A stretch of DNA of 64,000 bases from an uncultured Nitrospiraceae bacterium (GCA_963705105.1 CAVPIW010000008.1:32001-96000); one strand, 5' to 3'. Positions 28,625 through 39,458 are shown, counted from the first letter of the stretch. Notes: generated from the letters alone by a model not told the origin. Translations and numbers: made by a program.

Positions 28625-30340
28625 CTATTTCATGAAAGGAAACACGTTATATCCCTCTGTGTCGAACAAAATCAGAGGAATCGCCCTGTTCTTTATCGTG
28701 AAGGATTCTGCGGTCGCGGGTGAAGAAGCCGGCATGACCAGGCCCTGCGCAGTTCTGGGCCTGCAAAGCCCCCCCGATCCCGGTATCGGTTCATATCCAG
28801 CGTCGCAGCAGCGGTTCACATCGGGATGACAGAGAGCCACGGACGTACAGCAAGTCTTTCCGTCGGGACAGGCGACATTGCCCTCCCTACAGCAGAATCC
28901 CTCTCGCACACACCATGCACCGGGGTTGCAGCAGCCGTTGCCGCAACAGGGGTACCCGGGGGGACAGGCGCTGTTCCCGCAGCACGTCCAGAAATCCGGC
29001 CAGCATTGGCCGCCGCAGACCTTCTCATCAGCTGCGCATCCTGTCAGAGTCACGGAGATGGATGCGCTACCTGTTACAGATTGTCCGGCGCCGTCTTTCA
29101 CCGACACCGTAACGGCATATGTGCCCGCGCTGTTGTAAATGTGCCCGGCGGCCTGGGAGACCGAATCGACCCCCGAAAAAGTCGTTTTCCCACCGTCTCC
29201 CCAATCAAACGAATAATCGTATGGGCCTGTCCCTCCGGACGCCGTCGCCGTGCACATGGCGTCTTTCCCTACCTCCGCCTGAGAAACGCAGGAGAGAGAC
29301 ACGGCCATGGGCTCTCTGACCTGCAGTGCGATCGTCACGAGTCCAAATGCGAAATTGCTGTCATTGGCATAAAATTGCACATAATGCATGCCGGGTGTGT
29401 CGAACGAGCGTGAGCAGGATTGACCCTCTGTCCATCCCGACGAACTGCAGACCGTCTTGTAGTGGTAAGGAGGCAAGCCCCCCGAGGCTTCAGCGGTCCA
29501 CATGCCGCCTTCACCGACATCAAGCCATATGGGGCCGCTTGTCCCTAAGACCAGATTCTGTTTCCTTACAGATAAGAAGGTCTCGCCATAGCCCTGCCTG
29601 CCCTGCGCATCACGAACCTTCACATTAATATGTGCCCAGCCATTATACGAGAAACTCTTCACCTGAGTATCCGTCGTTGCACTTGTCGTGATTTCACGGG
29701 ATTCCCCCGCAAGGTTCCATGCAAAAACAAGGGGAGGGACGGGAGCCCCGTCATTCTCAAAGGCCGAAACGACTCCCGTAAAGGAGACATCTTTCTCCGC
29801 ATCGATAGTTTGCGCTGGCTTCGATATCGCCACTGAAAGAATTTTCGTAACAGCGACTGCGTAAGAGGTTGTGCCTGTGCAGACAGCTTCTTTTCCTTTC
29901 ATGGCGAGAAAGGTTACCTTTACGTTGTCGATATGATCGAAGCGGTCGGGCGCCTCGTCATGCCACACGTAAAGTCCGTTGCCCATGGGGACAGCGGTTC
30001 CACTTGTCTCCCCCTTGATCTCGACAAAGTCTATCTCGTCGCGCCAAAGGGCGGGGATCCGGACTTCAACCGTCACAGTTCCGCCATCGTTCACCGAATA
30101 CTTATCGAGCGTGATGCTCCCTGCACAGGTCTGGCCTTTCGTGCCCTGTCCCGCCGACGGAGGGGCAGGCGTGGCTTCAGTCTCGTCGGCGTACCAGTCG
30201 AGCTGGGGCTCGGCTGAAGATGCATACAGAGGCATTGTGAGCAAGACGAGAGCAACCGTCACCGCGGCAAGAGCCGTCGCACATAGAGAAAAATATCGAC
30301 GTCCTGATCTGTCTATCACGTTGAGTTCCGTCTTTACCAT
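28625..30340 (-). CDS. Secreted PKD-domain protein with Cys-rich C-terminus
   Basis: Signal peptide; DWGDG..H.Y..AGTY.V PKD motif; repeated CC motifs. Confidence 0.8.
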   Translation of the reverse strand: MVKTELNVIDRSGRRYFSLCATALAAVTVALVLLTMPLYASSAEPQLDWYADETEATPAPPSAGQGTKGQTCAGSITLDKYSVNDGGTVTVEVRIPALWRDEIDFVEIKGETSGTAVPMGNGLYVWHDEAPDRFDHIDNVKVTFLAMKGKEAVCTGTTSYAVAVTKILSVAISKPAQTIDAEKDVSFTGVVSAFENDGAPVPPLVFAWNLAGESREITTSATTDTQVKSFSYNGWAHINVKVRDAQGRQGYGETFLSVRKQNLVLGTSGPIWLDVGEGGMWTAEASGGLPPYHYKTVCSSSGWTEGQSCSRSFDTPGMHYVQFYANDSNFAFGLVTIALQVREPMAVSLSCVSQAEVGKDAMCTATASGGTGPYDYSFDWGDGGKTTFSGVDSVSQAAGHIYNSAGTYAVTVSVKDGAGQSVTGSASISVTLTGCAADEKVCGGQCWPDFWTCCGNSACPPGYPCCGNGCCNPGAWCVREGFCCREGNVACPDGKTCCTSVALCHPDVNRCCDAGYEPIPGSGGLCRPRTAQGLVMPASSPATAESFTIKNRAIPLILFDTEGYNVFPFMK

Positions 30341-30356
30341 GGTATCATTCTCCTCC

Positions 30357-31577
30357 TTACCGCGACGGGATCACGAAGACAAGCCTGTCGCCGGAAAACC
30401 CGAACACGATGCCGTCGTAGATGAAGTGCTTGTCCGTCCTGAACAGGTCGAAGAACTTGCCGCTGCCCGGCGGAGACGATGTCATCGACAACGGCTGACC
30501 GTGAAGTGCGAGGATGCCCTCCGTCGTCATGTCAAAGGAGTAGTTCTCCGGCCGGAGCTGCGCAGGCTGAGGCGTCAGGCCGGCAGTGTCAACCTGGACC
30601 TCTTTCATGAAGATACCGTTTGTGAAGAACTCCCGCACCCCCCGGGTGATATAGATCCAGGCCTCGTCAATCCTGATCACACCGCCCTGCTCCCTGAATG
30701 TCTTGATGAATTGCTGGGGGTAGCCGATTTTATTGACGAAGGCCTGCTGGGCCGGCGAAAGTTTGTCAAAGGACAGGACCGAAACAGCGGCGTTGCTTGT
30801 CCATGTATTCACGTCAAAGAGGTTGGCGAAATTGCCGACCATCACTCCGGCAAAGATGTAATCACCGGAGAGAAGCGACGAGGGCAAAACAATGTCGGGA
30901 AGGATCGAGCCGGTCTCTTTCACCGGGTTGACGCCGATCTGATAGGGAACGATCTGATCGGTCACGCCGTAGCCGGCCAGAAACAAGGGAGGCAGTCCCG
31001 GCGCTATCAGGATGACATAGAGGTCCGACGGACCCGTCATCGTCCCGGGCGTGACGTCAAAATCCCAGCGGAAAGTATTGCCCGGCCCGGCCGCCGCTGA
31101 GCTTAACGGCATGTCGAGTTTGTGTTTGGTCTCTGCCGGAGCCGCGTCGACGGTTGCCGTGACGGTGAAGTCGATGGGGAACAGGATCTGACTCACGTTG
31201 ACGGGTGTGATGTACCACCGCCCCTCCCTGAGGGGAGGTGTCGAGGTCGGGGTGACCTCGATCCGCTCGTGGGAGTCGACGGCCGTCGAAACGAAGTCGG
31301 CCCCGTCGTACAGTTCTCCATAGTTGGCCCCCTGCAGGGGCGCACCGTACTTCAGGAAGAGGTCGAGGTCGCCCCGGTCCGCCGCGAGGGTCACTGTCAG
31401 CCTGGTCGCCCGGGCGGGCACCTCGATGTAGTGGTTGGTGTATGTGCCCATAGAGAGGGTCAGCGAGACGGGCACACCGCTCTGGAGCGCCGTCTGGGCA
31501 TAGACCGGCGTCATCAAGAGCATCAGGTCTGCGCATATCAGCAGAAAAACAAAGATGAAATGAAGAGATCTTTTCAT
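30357..31577 (-). CDS. Secreted protein with PPC (pre-peptidase C) domain
   Basis: Signal peptide; GDLDLFLKYG..GRWYI. Confidence 0.75.
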   Translation of the reverse strand: MKRSLHFIFVFLLICADLMLLMTPVYAQTALQSGVPVSLTLSMGTYTNHYIEVPARATRLTVTLAADRGDLDLFLKYGAPLQGANYGELYDGADFVSTAVDSHERIEVTPTSTPPLREGRWYITPVNVSQILFPIDFTVTATVDAAPAETKHKLDMPLSSAAAGPGNTFRWDFDVTPGTMTGPSDLYVILIAPGLPPLFLAGYGVTDQIVPYQIGVNPVKETGSILPDIVLPSSLLSGDYIFAGVMVGNFANLFDVNTWTSNAAVSVLSFDKLSPAQQAFVNKIGYPQQFIKTFREQGGVIRIDEAWIYITRGVREFFTNGIFMKEVQVDTAGLTPQPAQLRPENYSFDMTTEGILALHGQPLSMTSSPPGSGKFFDLFRTDKHFIYDGIVFGFSGDRLVFVIPSR

Positions 31578-31613
31578 GGCTTCCGTCCTCACGATACTGC
31601 GGAATTTGCCGGT

Positions 31614-31722
31614 TGTTATACCCGCAACCCCTCACTTGATGCGGGGCGTCGGGAATCACCCTGAAGCAAAGAAAGATTCCGGACCGATCCTCGGCTGTGC
31701 GAGGGCAAGAGCCGGAATGACA
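31614..31722. repeat. Expanded variant of the ...GGAATGACA REP-like palindrome
   Basis: TGTTATACCCG..CGGGAATC..GATTCCGG..CCGGAATGACA with extra internal hairpins. Confidence 0.6.
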
Positions 31723-31731
31723 GCACTGTAT

Positions 31732-32008
31732 ACCTTATCGTTGTAACACACTCCCGGAAAGGCGCGGTGTATGCGCCGAAAACCTTGCTGCGGCGACACC
31801 ATAACTCTCACGGAAGACAATCTTTCAAACCAATGGTCGACCACACAAAGGATGAAATCGTGTAGGGGCCGTTCCCCGAACGGCCCGACATCGATGAAGC
31901 TGTTTCAGGCCGACGGCTGAAAAAGGTGAACTTCTTGCTGACACTCACACTGTCACTGACACTGTATTTCAGAGCGCTTCGCCCCGCCTTTCCATGCAAC
32001 TGCAAGGT
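31732..32008 (-). repeat. Long hairpin repeat, type II
   Basis: ACCTT...AAGGT ends; inverted relative to the 27165 copy. Confidence 0.9.
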
Positions 32009-32285
32009 AGCCCTACGATCAAACGAATCGGCAACTCCTGAAAATCCCCGTCTGACGACGGGAAAACAATGACTTCTTTCTTTCTGAATATCATGAAAAA
32101 GAGGGCTTGTCAACACAATATTTCTTATTGATCAATAGAGATCGCTTATAGATCGTGTCATTGATAACGTCAAGGGGACGGCGGGGTGGGCAAGCCGATA
32201 CGGCAAGCCCCTGTATCCCCCTTCTCCAGGGGGGAATAAGAAAAGGAAAAGAGAGGGGACGTGTCGTCGCAGGAAGATGAGTGGA

Positions 32286-33893
32286 CTACTTTTTTTCTTT
32301 CCAGTACGGGTTTGCGAGGTCCTCAAAGGCGGTGAGGGCGGCGACGGAGGCCTGGCCCACGGCTGTGACGATCTGTTTCACTCCTCCTGTCACATCGCCC
32401 GCCGCATAGACAAGGGGCACGGACGTGCGCATCTTGTCGTCAACCCTGATGTAGCCCTCTTCATTGAGATCGAGGCCGAGCACCCGGGCGATGTCGATGT
32501 TCGGGTCATACCCGACGGCGATGAAGACACCCTTGACAGGTTCCTCCGTCACAACACCAGTTTTGGTGTTCTCGATCTTCAGCTTCGTCACAACCTTGTC
32601 ACCGCTGATCTCCCTGACCACGCTGTTCCAGATCACGGGGATGCCGGCCTTGAAGAGGCTCTCCTGGAGATTCATCTCGGCCCTCAGTGTGTCCCTCCTG
32701 TGCAGGAGCGTCACATCGGCGCCGAGCCCGTTCAGGTAAAGGGCGTCCGTCACGGCCGTGTTTCCCCCTCCCACGACGATGACGCGCTTGCCGTCCTTGA
32801 AGAAATAGCCGTCACAGGTGGCGCAGGAACTGACGCCTTTCCCGTAGTACTCGTCCTCTCCCGGCACGCCCAGCTTCCGGTACCGAGCGCCCGTCGCGAC
32901 AAGCACGGCCTTTGTTATGTAAATGCCCCAGGTCGTCGTGGTGCGGAAACGCCCGTCTTCGCGGGCGATCTCCTGTATCTGTTCGGAGATGTGGATATCG
33001 GAGTACTGCGCAGCCTGCTGGGCCAGCAGGTCGACGAGAGACTTTCCGGCGATGCGGGAAAATCCGGGATAGTTTTCTACGACGGGGGTGACGGTGATCT
33101 GCCCCCCGATGTTCTCCCGCTCGATGACGACCGTCTTCAGCCCTGCCCGCTCAGCGTAAATCGCGGCGGTCAGTCCCGCCGGTCCTGCCCCGACGATCAG
33201 GAGGTCCTTCTCCACGGGCTTGTCCGAGAAGCCCGCAGGGGCCGCCTCGGGCTTCTTGAGGGTCAGGAGGGATTCGATGAAGATCTCCTCGGGCTCCACG
33301 CCGGGGGCGACGAGAACGCCGTTGACGAAGGTCTGCGGCACCGACACGATGCCGTACTTCCCGGCGATGTCCTGGTTCTCGTAGATCTCGATGACATCGA
33401 CGGACACGAGGTCGCTCCGCACGAGGGCCGCCGACACGGCGGTGACGACGGACTGGGGGCAGTAGGGGCAGGTGGGGCTCACAAAAACCTGGATGTCCCT
33501 CTTCTCGCGCAGGTCCTGGAGTCTCTTCAGGGATTCTCCCGAGATGACAACACCGCCTGTTGAAACCATGAGGATCGTCGTGATGAGCGACCGTCCCTCC
33601 TCGCCGAGGGGGGCGCCGGAGAACCGGATCTTGTACTTGTCCGGCTCGATGAGAACAGTCGGGGACCGCTGAACATCTCTTTTCTTCGCCTGTTCGTCTC
33701 CGACCTGATGATAGGACACTTTGATTTTCTTCGAGAGCTGGGGAAGGACCTTCATGAGGTCGAGCAGGACCTCGTTATATGTATCGTTGGTTCCCTTCTG
33801 TGTGAAGACCTCGATCCTGACGTCGTTCTGCAGCTCCTTGAATGTGTCCTTGAGGACTTTCTTTATTTCGTCGGTGATGATTTCTTTTTCCAT
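32286..33893 (-). CDS. trxB: Thioredoxin reductase fused to an N-terminal PDO/thioredoxin-fold module (AhpF-like)
   Basis: CPYC in the N-module; GAGPAG, CATCD, GGGNTA and AAGD. Confidence 0.9.
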   Translation of the reverse strand: MEKEIITDEIKKVLKDTFKELQNDVRIEVFTQKGTNDTYNEVLLDLMKVLPQLSKKIKVSYHQVGDEQAKKRDVQRSPTVLIEPDKYKIRFSGAPLGEEGRSLITTILMVSTGGVVISGESLKRLQDLREKRDIQVFVSPTCPYCPQSVVTAVSAALVRSDLVSVDVIEIYENQDIAGKYGIVSVPQTFVNGVLVAPGVEPEEIFIESLLTLKKPEAAPAGFSDKPVEKDLLIVGAGPAGLTAAIYAERAGLKTVVIERENIGGQITVTPVVENYPGFSRIAGKSLVDLLAQQAAQYSDIHISEQIQEIAREDGRFRTTTTWGIYITKAVLVATGARYRKLGVPGEDEYYGKGVSSCATCDGYFFKDGKRVIVVGGGNTAVTDALYLNGLGADVTLLHRRDTLRAEMNLQESLFKAGIPVIWNSVVREISGDKVVTKLKIENTKTGVVTEEPVKGVFIAVGYDPNIDIARVLGLDLNEEGYIRVDDKMRTSVPLVYAAGDVTGGVKQIVTAVGQASVAALTAFEDLANPYWKEKK

Positions 33894-33981
33894 ACAATTA
33901 TTGTAGCCATATCCCACCCTCTTTGCAATTGCTCCGGCCCGTCGCCGCACCGCGCCGGCGATAATGTTTTATAATAATGTA

Positions 33982-36900
33982 ATGCTCACCCCTTCTTCAC
34001 TCGCCGCCGAACACCGGACGCACATCATCGACAGCCTTCGGGACAGCGGAAAGAACAGGATCACGTCTCTTTCCCTTTCCCATCTCGCTCTCTTCCTCTC
34101 CCAGGCCGAAAGGCCCTATGTGGTCATCGAAGATTCCGGAGAAAATGCGCAGGCCCTCGTGCGGGACATCACCTTTTTCCGGGGGATGACCGGACCTGCC
34201 GCTCCTGCCGGAAATTCGCCCGCTCCCCTGTGCTTCCCCTCACCGTCCGATGCCGGGGATATCGGGCAGAGGGCACGGGTCGTGAAAGCCCTCGCAGAAG
34301 ACCCGCTCCTGCCCGTCGTGACAACCCGCGATGCCTCTCTGACCGGGTTTTCCGTCGCAGCCATCGGTGAGACGATCGTCACCGTCGAAAAAGGGCTCTC
34401 CATCGAACGGCACCGCTTTCAGTCCCTCCTGGCCCGGCTGGGATACCGCAATGTGAGCGTCGTCGCCGAGCAGGGTGAGTACAGCGAGCGCCGGTGGCTG
34501 TTCGATATTTTTCCCGTGACGGAAGATGCTCCCATCCGTATCGAATTCTTCGGCGACGAAATAGACACGCTGAGGGTCTTTGACATAGAGACACAGAGAA
34601 CGGTCCGTGAGGTCCCCGGGTTGACCATCCTCCCCGCCGCCGAACCGGACAGGACGGGAAATCTCATCGACGAACTCGCCGGCGGCGCCAGGGACTTCTA
34701 CCGGTACGGGACGGAAGAGGATGATCTCTCCCGCAGCCCCTGCGTCACCTTTTCACATTTGCCCATTGAAGACGAGGGCATCCCGTCAGGCGAACTCCCC
34801 CTCCGCGGATATGGCATCACCGCCGATGAGAGGACGTCCCTCGAAGAGATCGCACCGGCGATCATGAATTGCCGGGAGCGAGTCATGGCCGTTCTGCCTT
34901 CAAGGGGCCAGGCGGAGCGTTTCAGGGACATCCTCTTCGACGGGGGGCTCGTCGCTCCCGTTCTGGCTCCCGCTGAGGCGGGGTCCTATCCGGGACCGGT
35001 CTGCATCATCGTGGGGTCCCTGTCGTCGGGCCTCCATATACCGGGCCTGATGGTCCTCACCGACAGGGAGCTCTTCGGTGAACGGCCCGCCCACAGGCCG
35101 ATGAAGAAATCGAAGGTCTCGGGGCTCCTGCTGAACATCGATGACCTGCGACCGGGAGACTTCGTCGTCCACACGGACCACGGCATCGGGAAGTTCGTCG
35201 GCATGCAGCGCCAGAAGACCGAGGACCGCGAAGAGGATCTGATCACCCTCGAGTACGCCGGCGGCGACAGGCTCCACATACCCTTCCAGAGTGTCGGAAG
35301 ACTCCAGAAGTACGTCGCCGGCGAGGGCCACGTGCCGGCATTGGACAGGCTCGGCGGAAAGAGGTGGCAGAAGACGAAGGAAAAGGCCCGTCAGGGGATC
35401 AAAGAAATGGCCGAAAAACTCCTGAAGCTCTATGCCGAGCGGACCGTTTCGCGGGGTTTCACCTTCAGCGACGACACGCCGATGCACAGGGAATTCGACG
35501 ATTTCTTCTCCTACGAGGAGACGGAGGACCAGCTCAGGGCGACGGAAGAGATCACAAGGCATATGCGCTCGGACAAGCCCATGGACATGCTCCTCTGCGG
35601 CGACGTGGGATACGGCAAGACTGAAGTGGCCATGAGGGCCGCTTTCAGGGCCGTCTACGACGGCAAACAGGTCGCTGTCCTCGTGCCGACGACGCTCCTG
35701 GCGGAGCAGCACCACAGAACATTCCGGACAAGGTTCTCGGGGTTCCCCGTGAAGATCGACTACCTCAGCAGGTTCAAACATTCCGCCGATGTGAAGAAAT
35801 GCCGCAAGGCCCTCGCAGCGGGCGAGACGGACATCGTCATCGGGACCCACATGCTCCTTCACAAAGATGTCAGCTTCCACGACCTCGGGCTCCTCATCAT
35901 CGACGAGGAGCATCGCTTCGGCGTGGCCCAGAAGGAGAGGCTGAAGGAGCTGAAGGGCGGCGTCGATGTCCTTACCCTCACGGCCACGCCCATCCCGAGA
36001 ACGCTTCACCTGTCCCTTTCGGGAGTCAGGGAGATCTGCAATATCGAGACCCCCCCGGAGGAGCGCCGGGCTGTGCGGAGCATCGTGACCGTCTTCAGTG
36101 AAAGGACGATCAGGGAAGCCATCGGGCGTGAGCTGCAGCGGGGCGGACAGGTCTTTTTCCTTCACAACAGGATCCGGGACATCGGGAAAGTGGCGGAGCT
36201 GCTGACGAAGCTCGCTCCCGGCGCAGGGATCGCCGTCGCACACGGACAGATGAGGGAAGCCGACCTCGAACGGATCATGCTCTCCTTTCTCGACAGGAAG
36301 GCGGACATTCTGCTCTGCACGGCCATCATCGGGTCCGGCCTCGACATACCGACGGCGAACACCATACTCATCGACAGGGCGGACGCCTTCGGTTTGGCCG
36401 ATCTCTACCAGCTCCGGGGGCGGGTCGGCAGGGGCGCCCTCCAGGCATACGCCTACTTCCTCGTGCCGGGCGAGGACTTTCTCAGCGATGACGCCAAGAA
36501 GAGGCTCACGGCCATCCAGGAGATGAGCTATCTCGGCGCCGGGTTCAGGCTGGCCCTCAGGGACCTCGAAATCCGCGGCGCCGGCAACCTCCTCGGCGCC
36601 GAACAGTCGGGGCATATCTACAGCCTCGGTTTTGACCTCTACATGGAGATGCTTGAGAAGGCGGTATCTGAGCTGAAGGGCGAAGTGAGGGCCGAGGCCT
36701 TCGATCCCCAGATCAGCCTTCAGGTATCGGCGTTCATACCGGAGGACTACATATCCGACATCAGCCTGAGGCTGAGTGTGTACAGGAGGATCTCGGCCCT
36801 CCAGGCCGCCGATGCCCTCGAAGACCTGGCAGGCGAGATCGAAGACAGGTTCGGTCCCGTCCCGGACGAGGTCCGGCACCTTCTCCATGTCATGCGCATC

Positions 36901-37191
36901 AAGATCTATGCGCGGAAGCTGTTCATCTCCAAAGTGTCGGGCTATGACGGCTCCTACCGGTTTACCCTTACCGCCGAAGGACATGAGCGGTATGGTATTC
37001 CGGTGGACTTTTTCGACAGGCTCCTGCAGACGCTCGTCGCCATGAACACGGCACAGGATGAATTCAGGGGAAAAATCAGGTTCCATCCCGACGGGTTCGA
37101 GCTGAACACGGGCCGTCCCGGCGCCGGCAAAGGCATTGTCCTTGTCGAAAATGCTCTCAGGAGGCTTTCCGGAAGCCTTGCGAAAGACTGA
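33982..37191 (+). CDS. mfd: Transcription-repair coupling factor
   Basis: GDFVVH..HGIG, GDVGYGKT, DEEH, TATP, QLRGRVGR and a TRCF-like C-terminus. Confidence 0.97.
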   Translation: MLTPSSLAAEHRTHIIDSLRDSGKNRITSLSLSHLALFLSQAERPYVVIEDSGENAQALVRDITFFRGMTGPAAPAGNSPAPLCFPSPSDAGDIGQRARVVKALAEDPLLPVVTTRDASLTGFSVAAIGETIVTVEKGLSIERHRFQSLLARLGYRNVSVVAEQGEYSERRWLFDIFPVTEDAPIRIEFFGDEIDTLRVFDIETQRTVREVPGLTILPAAEPDRTGNLIDELAGGARDFYRYGTEEDDLSRSPCVTFSHLPIEDEGIPSGELPLRGYGITADERTSLEEIAPAIMNCRERVMAVLPSRGQAERFRDILFDGGLVAPVLAPAEAGSYPGPVCIIVGSLSSGLHIPGLMVLTDRELFGERPAHRPMKKSKVSGLLLNIDDLRPGDFVVHTDHGIGKFVGMQRQKTEDREEDLITLEYAGGDRLHIPFQSVGRLQKYVAGEGHVPALDRLGGKRWQKTKEKARQGIKEMAEKLLKLYAERTVSRGFTFSDDTPMHREFDDFFSYEETEDQLRATEEITRHMRSDKPMDMLLCGDVGYGKTEVAMRAAFRAVYDGKQVAVLVPTTLLAEQHHRTFRTRFSGFPVKIDYLSRFKHSADVKKCRKALAAGETDIVIGTHMLLHKDVSFHDLGLLIIDEEHRFGVAQKERLKELKGGVDVLTLTATPIPRTLHLSLSGVREICNIETPPEERRAVRSIVTVFSERTIREAIGRELQRGGQVFFLHNRIRDIGKVAELLTKLAPGAGIAVAHGQMREADLERIMLSFLDRKADILLCTAIIGSGLDIPTANTILIDRADAFGLADLYQLRGRVGRGALQAYAYFLVPGEDFLSDDAKKRLTAIQEMSYLGAGFRLALRDLEIRGAGNLLGAEQSGHIYSLGFDLYMEMLEKAVSELKGEVRAEAFDPQISLQVSAFIPEDYISDISLRLSVYRRISALQAADALEDLAGEIEDRFGPVPDEVRHLLHVMRIKIYARKLFISKVSGYDGSYRFTLTAEGHERYGIPVDFFDRLLQTLVAMNTAQDEFRGKIRFHPDGFELNTGRPGAGKGIVLVENALRRLSGSLAKD

Positions 37192-37252
37192 ACACCTCTT
37201 TCAAACTTTCCCGCTCTGGACTTCGCGGAGGAAATCGGGTAAACTGGATGAC

Positions 37253-37960
37253 ATGAAGAGGTTCGCTGCAACGGCGCTGATCATGCTCTTTTTCGTCACG
37301 GGCTGCGCGACAATGAGTCCGGACAAGGAAAAGGAGGCATCCTTCTATTACACCATGGGTGTCTCGGCTCTGAACGAGGGCAACGTCCAGAATGCCTTCG
37401 TCCATTTCCAGAAGGCCTATCAGCTCAACCCATACAACAAGGAGATCATGAACAGCCTCGGCCTCGTGTATTCGCAGCTCGAGGAGAACGACAAGGCACG
37501 GGACCTCTTCCTCAAGGCGATCGTCGAAGACCCGAATTTTGCCGAGGCCCACAACAATCTCGGCGTGACGTACATGAAGATGGAGAGATGGAACGACGCC
37601 GTCGAGTCTTTCAAACGGGCACTGGCGAACCCGCTCTACCCGACCCACGAACGGGCTTTTTACAACATGGGGATGTCCTACTACCGCATGGGGAACTACG
37701 ACGGCGCCATCAATGCCTTCAAAGATTCCCTGAGGCGCTCTCCCGCCTTTCCCTATCCCTATTATGGTCTCGCCCTCGCCCTGAACAAACTCTCCCGTTT
37801 CGGCGAGGCCGCCACTGCGATGACGAAGGCGATCGAGCTCGATCCCGCCTATAAAGGCAACAGGGAAACGTTCCTGGATGACATGAACGAGCGCAGCCTG
37901 ACCGCCAAGGGCCACGACGAGAGAGACATACGGGATTATATCGAGATCATGAAGTATTAG
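37253..37960 (+). CDS. TPR lipoprotein (PilF/PilW-like)
   Basis: VTGC lipobox; TPRs; ALANPLYPT motif. Confidence 0.85.
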   Translation: MKRFAATALIMLFFVTGCATMSPDKEKEASFYYTMGVSALNEGNVQNAFVHFQKAYQLNPYNKEIMNSLGLVYSQLEENDKARDLFLKAIVEDPNFAEAHNNLGVTYMKMERWNDAVESFKRALANPLYPTHERAFYNMGMSYYRMGNYDGAINAFKDSLRRSPAFPYPYYGLALALNKLSRFGEAATAMTKAIELDPAYKGNRETFLDDMNERSLTAKGHDERDIRDYIEIMKY

Positions 37961-37974
37961 CCTCTTTGGTGCAT

Positions 37975-39225
37975 ATGGTGAGACCACCCCGCAACGGTTC
38001 CGCAAACTCTTCGTTTCGTTTCCTCATCCCCTTCCTCCTCATCCTTATCCTAATCTCTTTCGGCGGTTGCGCGGGAAAAGACGCCTCCCGTTTTGCCTTC
38101 GTCGTCGTCGGTGACACGAGAACGGAACCCTACGTGACGGGCGGATTGAAACAGGCCGGTGAGGTGAAAAAGGTCCTCGGAATGCGCTTCCGCGGGAGCG
38201 ACATCCTGCTGTCCCATGACGAGACCGGTTCGGAGGTGATCAGGGCCGATATTACGGAAAAAAGCGGCAGCCGGACCACCATTCACTACCGGGACGGATG
38301 GCCGCGGCTCATCTCGGCGACAAAAGACGGCGACATGAAGGTGATCATGCGCGACAGCGGCAGGAAATGGGTCTATGACCGGGTCGTCTCGACGATTCAA
38401 CGTGACGTCTCGTCATATCCCGGCGGGTCCGCCTTCGTCGTCCACGGTGGAGATATATCGCTTTTCGGCGCCCAGGGGAAAAGCCTTGACGAGAACCCCT
38501 ACTGGCAGCTCTTCGATGCTGAATTCCTCAGCCGCCTGCCTGCTGTGAGCGCCGGCTTTCCCCTGCCTTCACGCATCATCGCGGCCGTCGGCAACCACGA
38601 GACATGGCTCGACGAACCGATGGAAGGCATGCTGACCACCATGCCGTGGCTCCGTCAATTTGGACTGTCGAAGGAGCGCAGGATCTACGCCGCCACATTC
38701 ATGAACTGCCGTTTCATCTTTCTTGACTCGGGCGACTACGGGGTCAGCGGCGAGATCTGGGGAAACTATCCGCCCTTCAGAGAGCAGATGGATTTCCTCA
38801 CCGATGAGCTGAAGAGGGCACGGGAGACGGGAACAGACCACGTCTTCATCGTCTATCATAAACCGTCCTTCATCAAAGTGGGCCACGACCCGCTCCCTGA
38901 CGACCTGAATCCGCACAAATATATCCGGCCCTTTGCAAAAGACCTGAGGATATATGTCTTCAACAGCCATTCACACACTACCGAGCACTACCTTGTCGAC
39001 GGGATCCGGTATCTCGTCCTCGGTGCGGGCGGGGCGCCGCAGAAGTTCGAAACCGCCAAACATCCCTCCCCCCAGGAAGAACTCTACTGGAAAGGGGCAG
39101 AGAGGGTCGAGGAGTACAACTTCCTGCGCGTGGAAGTCGAAGGCCCGACCACCAGGGGGACCATCCACCGCTTCCGCCCCGGCGATCCCCTTCGTCCCTT
39201 CAGCACCGTCACAATATTCGAATAA
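37975..39225 (+). CDS. Metallophosphoesterase lipoprotein
   Basis: GD, HGGD, GNHE and HSH motifs. Confidence 0.85.
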   Translation: MVRPPRNGSANSSFRFLIPFLLILILISFGGCAGKDASRFAFVVVGDTRTEPYVTGGLKQAGEVKKVLGMRFRGSDILLSHDETGSEVIRADITEKSGSRTTIHYRDGWPRLISATKDGDMKVIMRDSGRKWVYDRVVSTIQRDVSSYPGGSAFVVHGGDISLFGAQGKSLDENPYWQLFDAEFLSRLPAVSAGFPLPSRIIAAVGNHETWLDEPMEGMLTTMPWLRQFGLSKERRIYAATFMNCRFIFLDSGDYGVSGEIWGNYPPFREQMDFLTDELKRARETGTDHVFIVYHKPSFIKVGHDPLPDDLNPHKYIRPFAKDLRIYVFNSHSHTTEHYLVDGIRYLVLGAGGAPQKFETAKHPSPQEELYWKGAERVEEYNFLRVEVEGPTTRGTIHRFRPGDPLRPFSTVTIFE

Positions 39226-39282
39226 GGGGTCAGACTTGCGAATTGCTTTTGGCCGGCAGCCCGCCATCAGGCGGGCGGTCTT

Positions 39283-39329
39283 CAAGGCTTTGAGGCGCTT
39301 CGCCCCGCCCGTTCATGCAGATGAAAGGT
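39283..39329 (-). repeat. Long hairpin repeat, left-arm fragment
   Basis: Reverse complement reads ACCTTTCATCTGCATGAACGGGCGGGGCGAAGCGCCTCAAAGCCTTG. Confidence 0.8.
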
Positions 39330-39458
39330 TTACAGGACCTTTTGATTTACGTCTTTCACGAGAACATCCATTGTGACGCCTCTCACTGCTGCAGACGTCC
39401 GTTTGATGCATCATAGGCGAAGATACGGTATCATTACATGATAATTCGTGAGGATCGC

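Noticed and set aside
32286..33893. Selenocysteine recoding in redox genes
   Set aside because: The active sites are Cys-based and there is no in-frame TGA.
39226..39240. GGGGTCAGACTTG word, with a similar reverse copy near 46888-46902
   Set aside because: May be ends of another REP-like family, but two short matches are not enough support.
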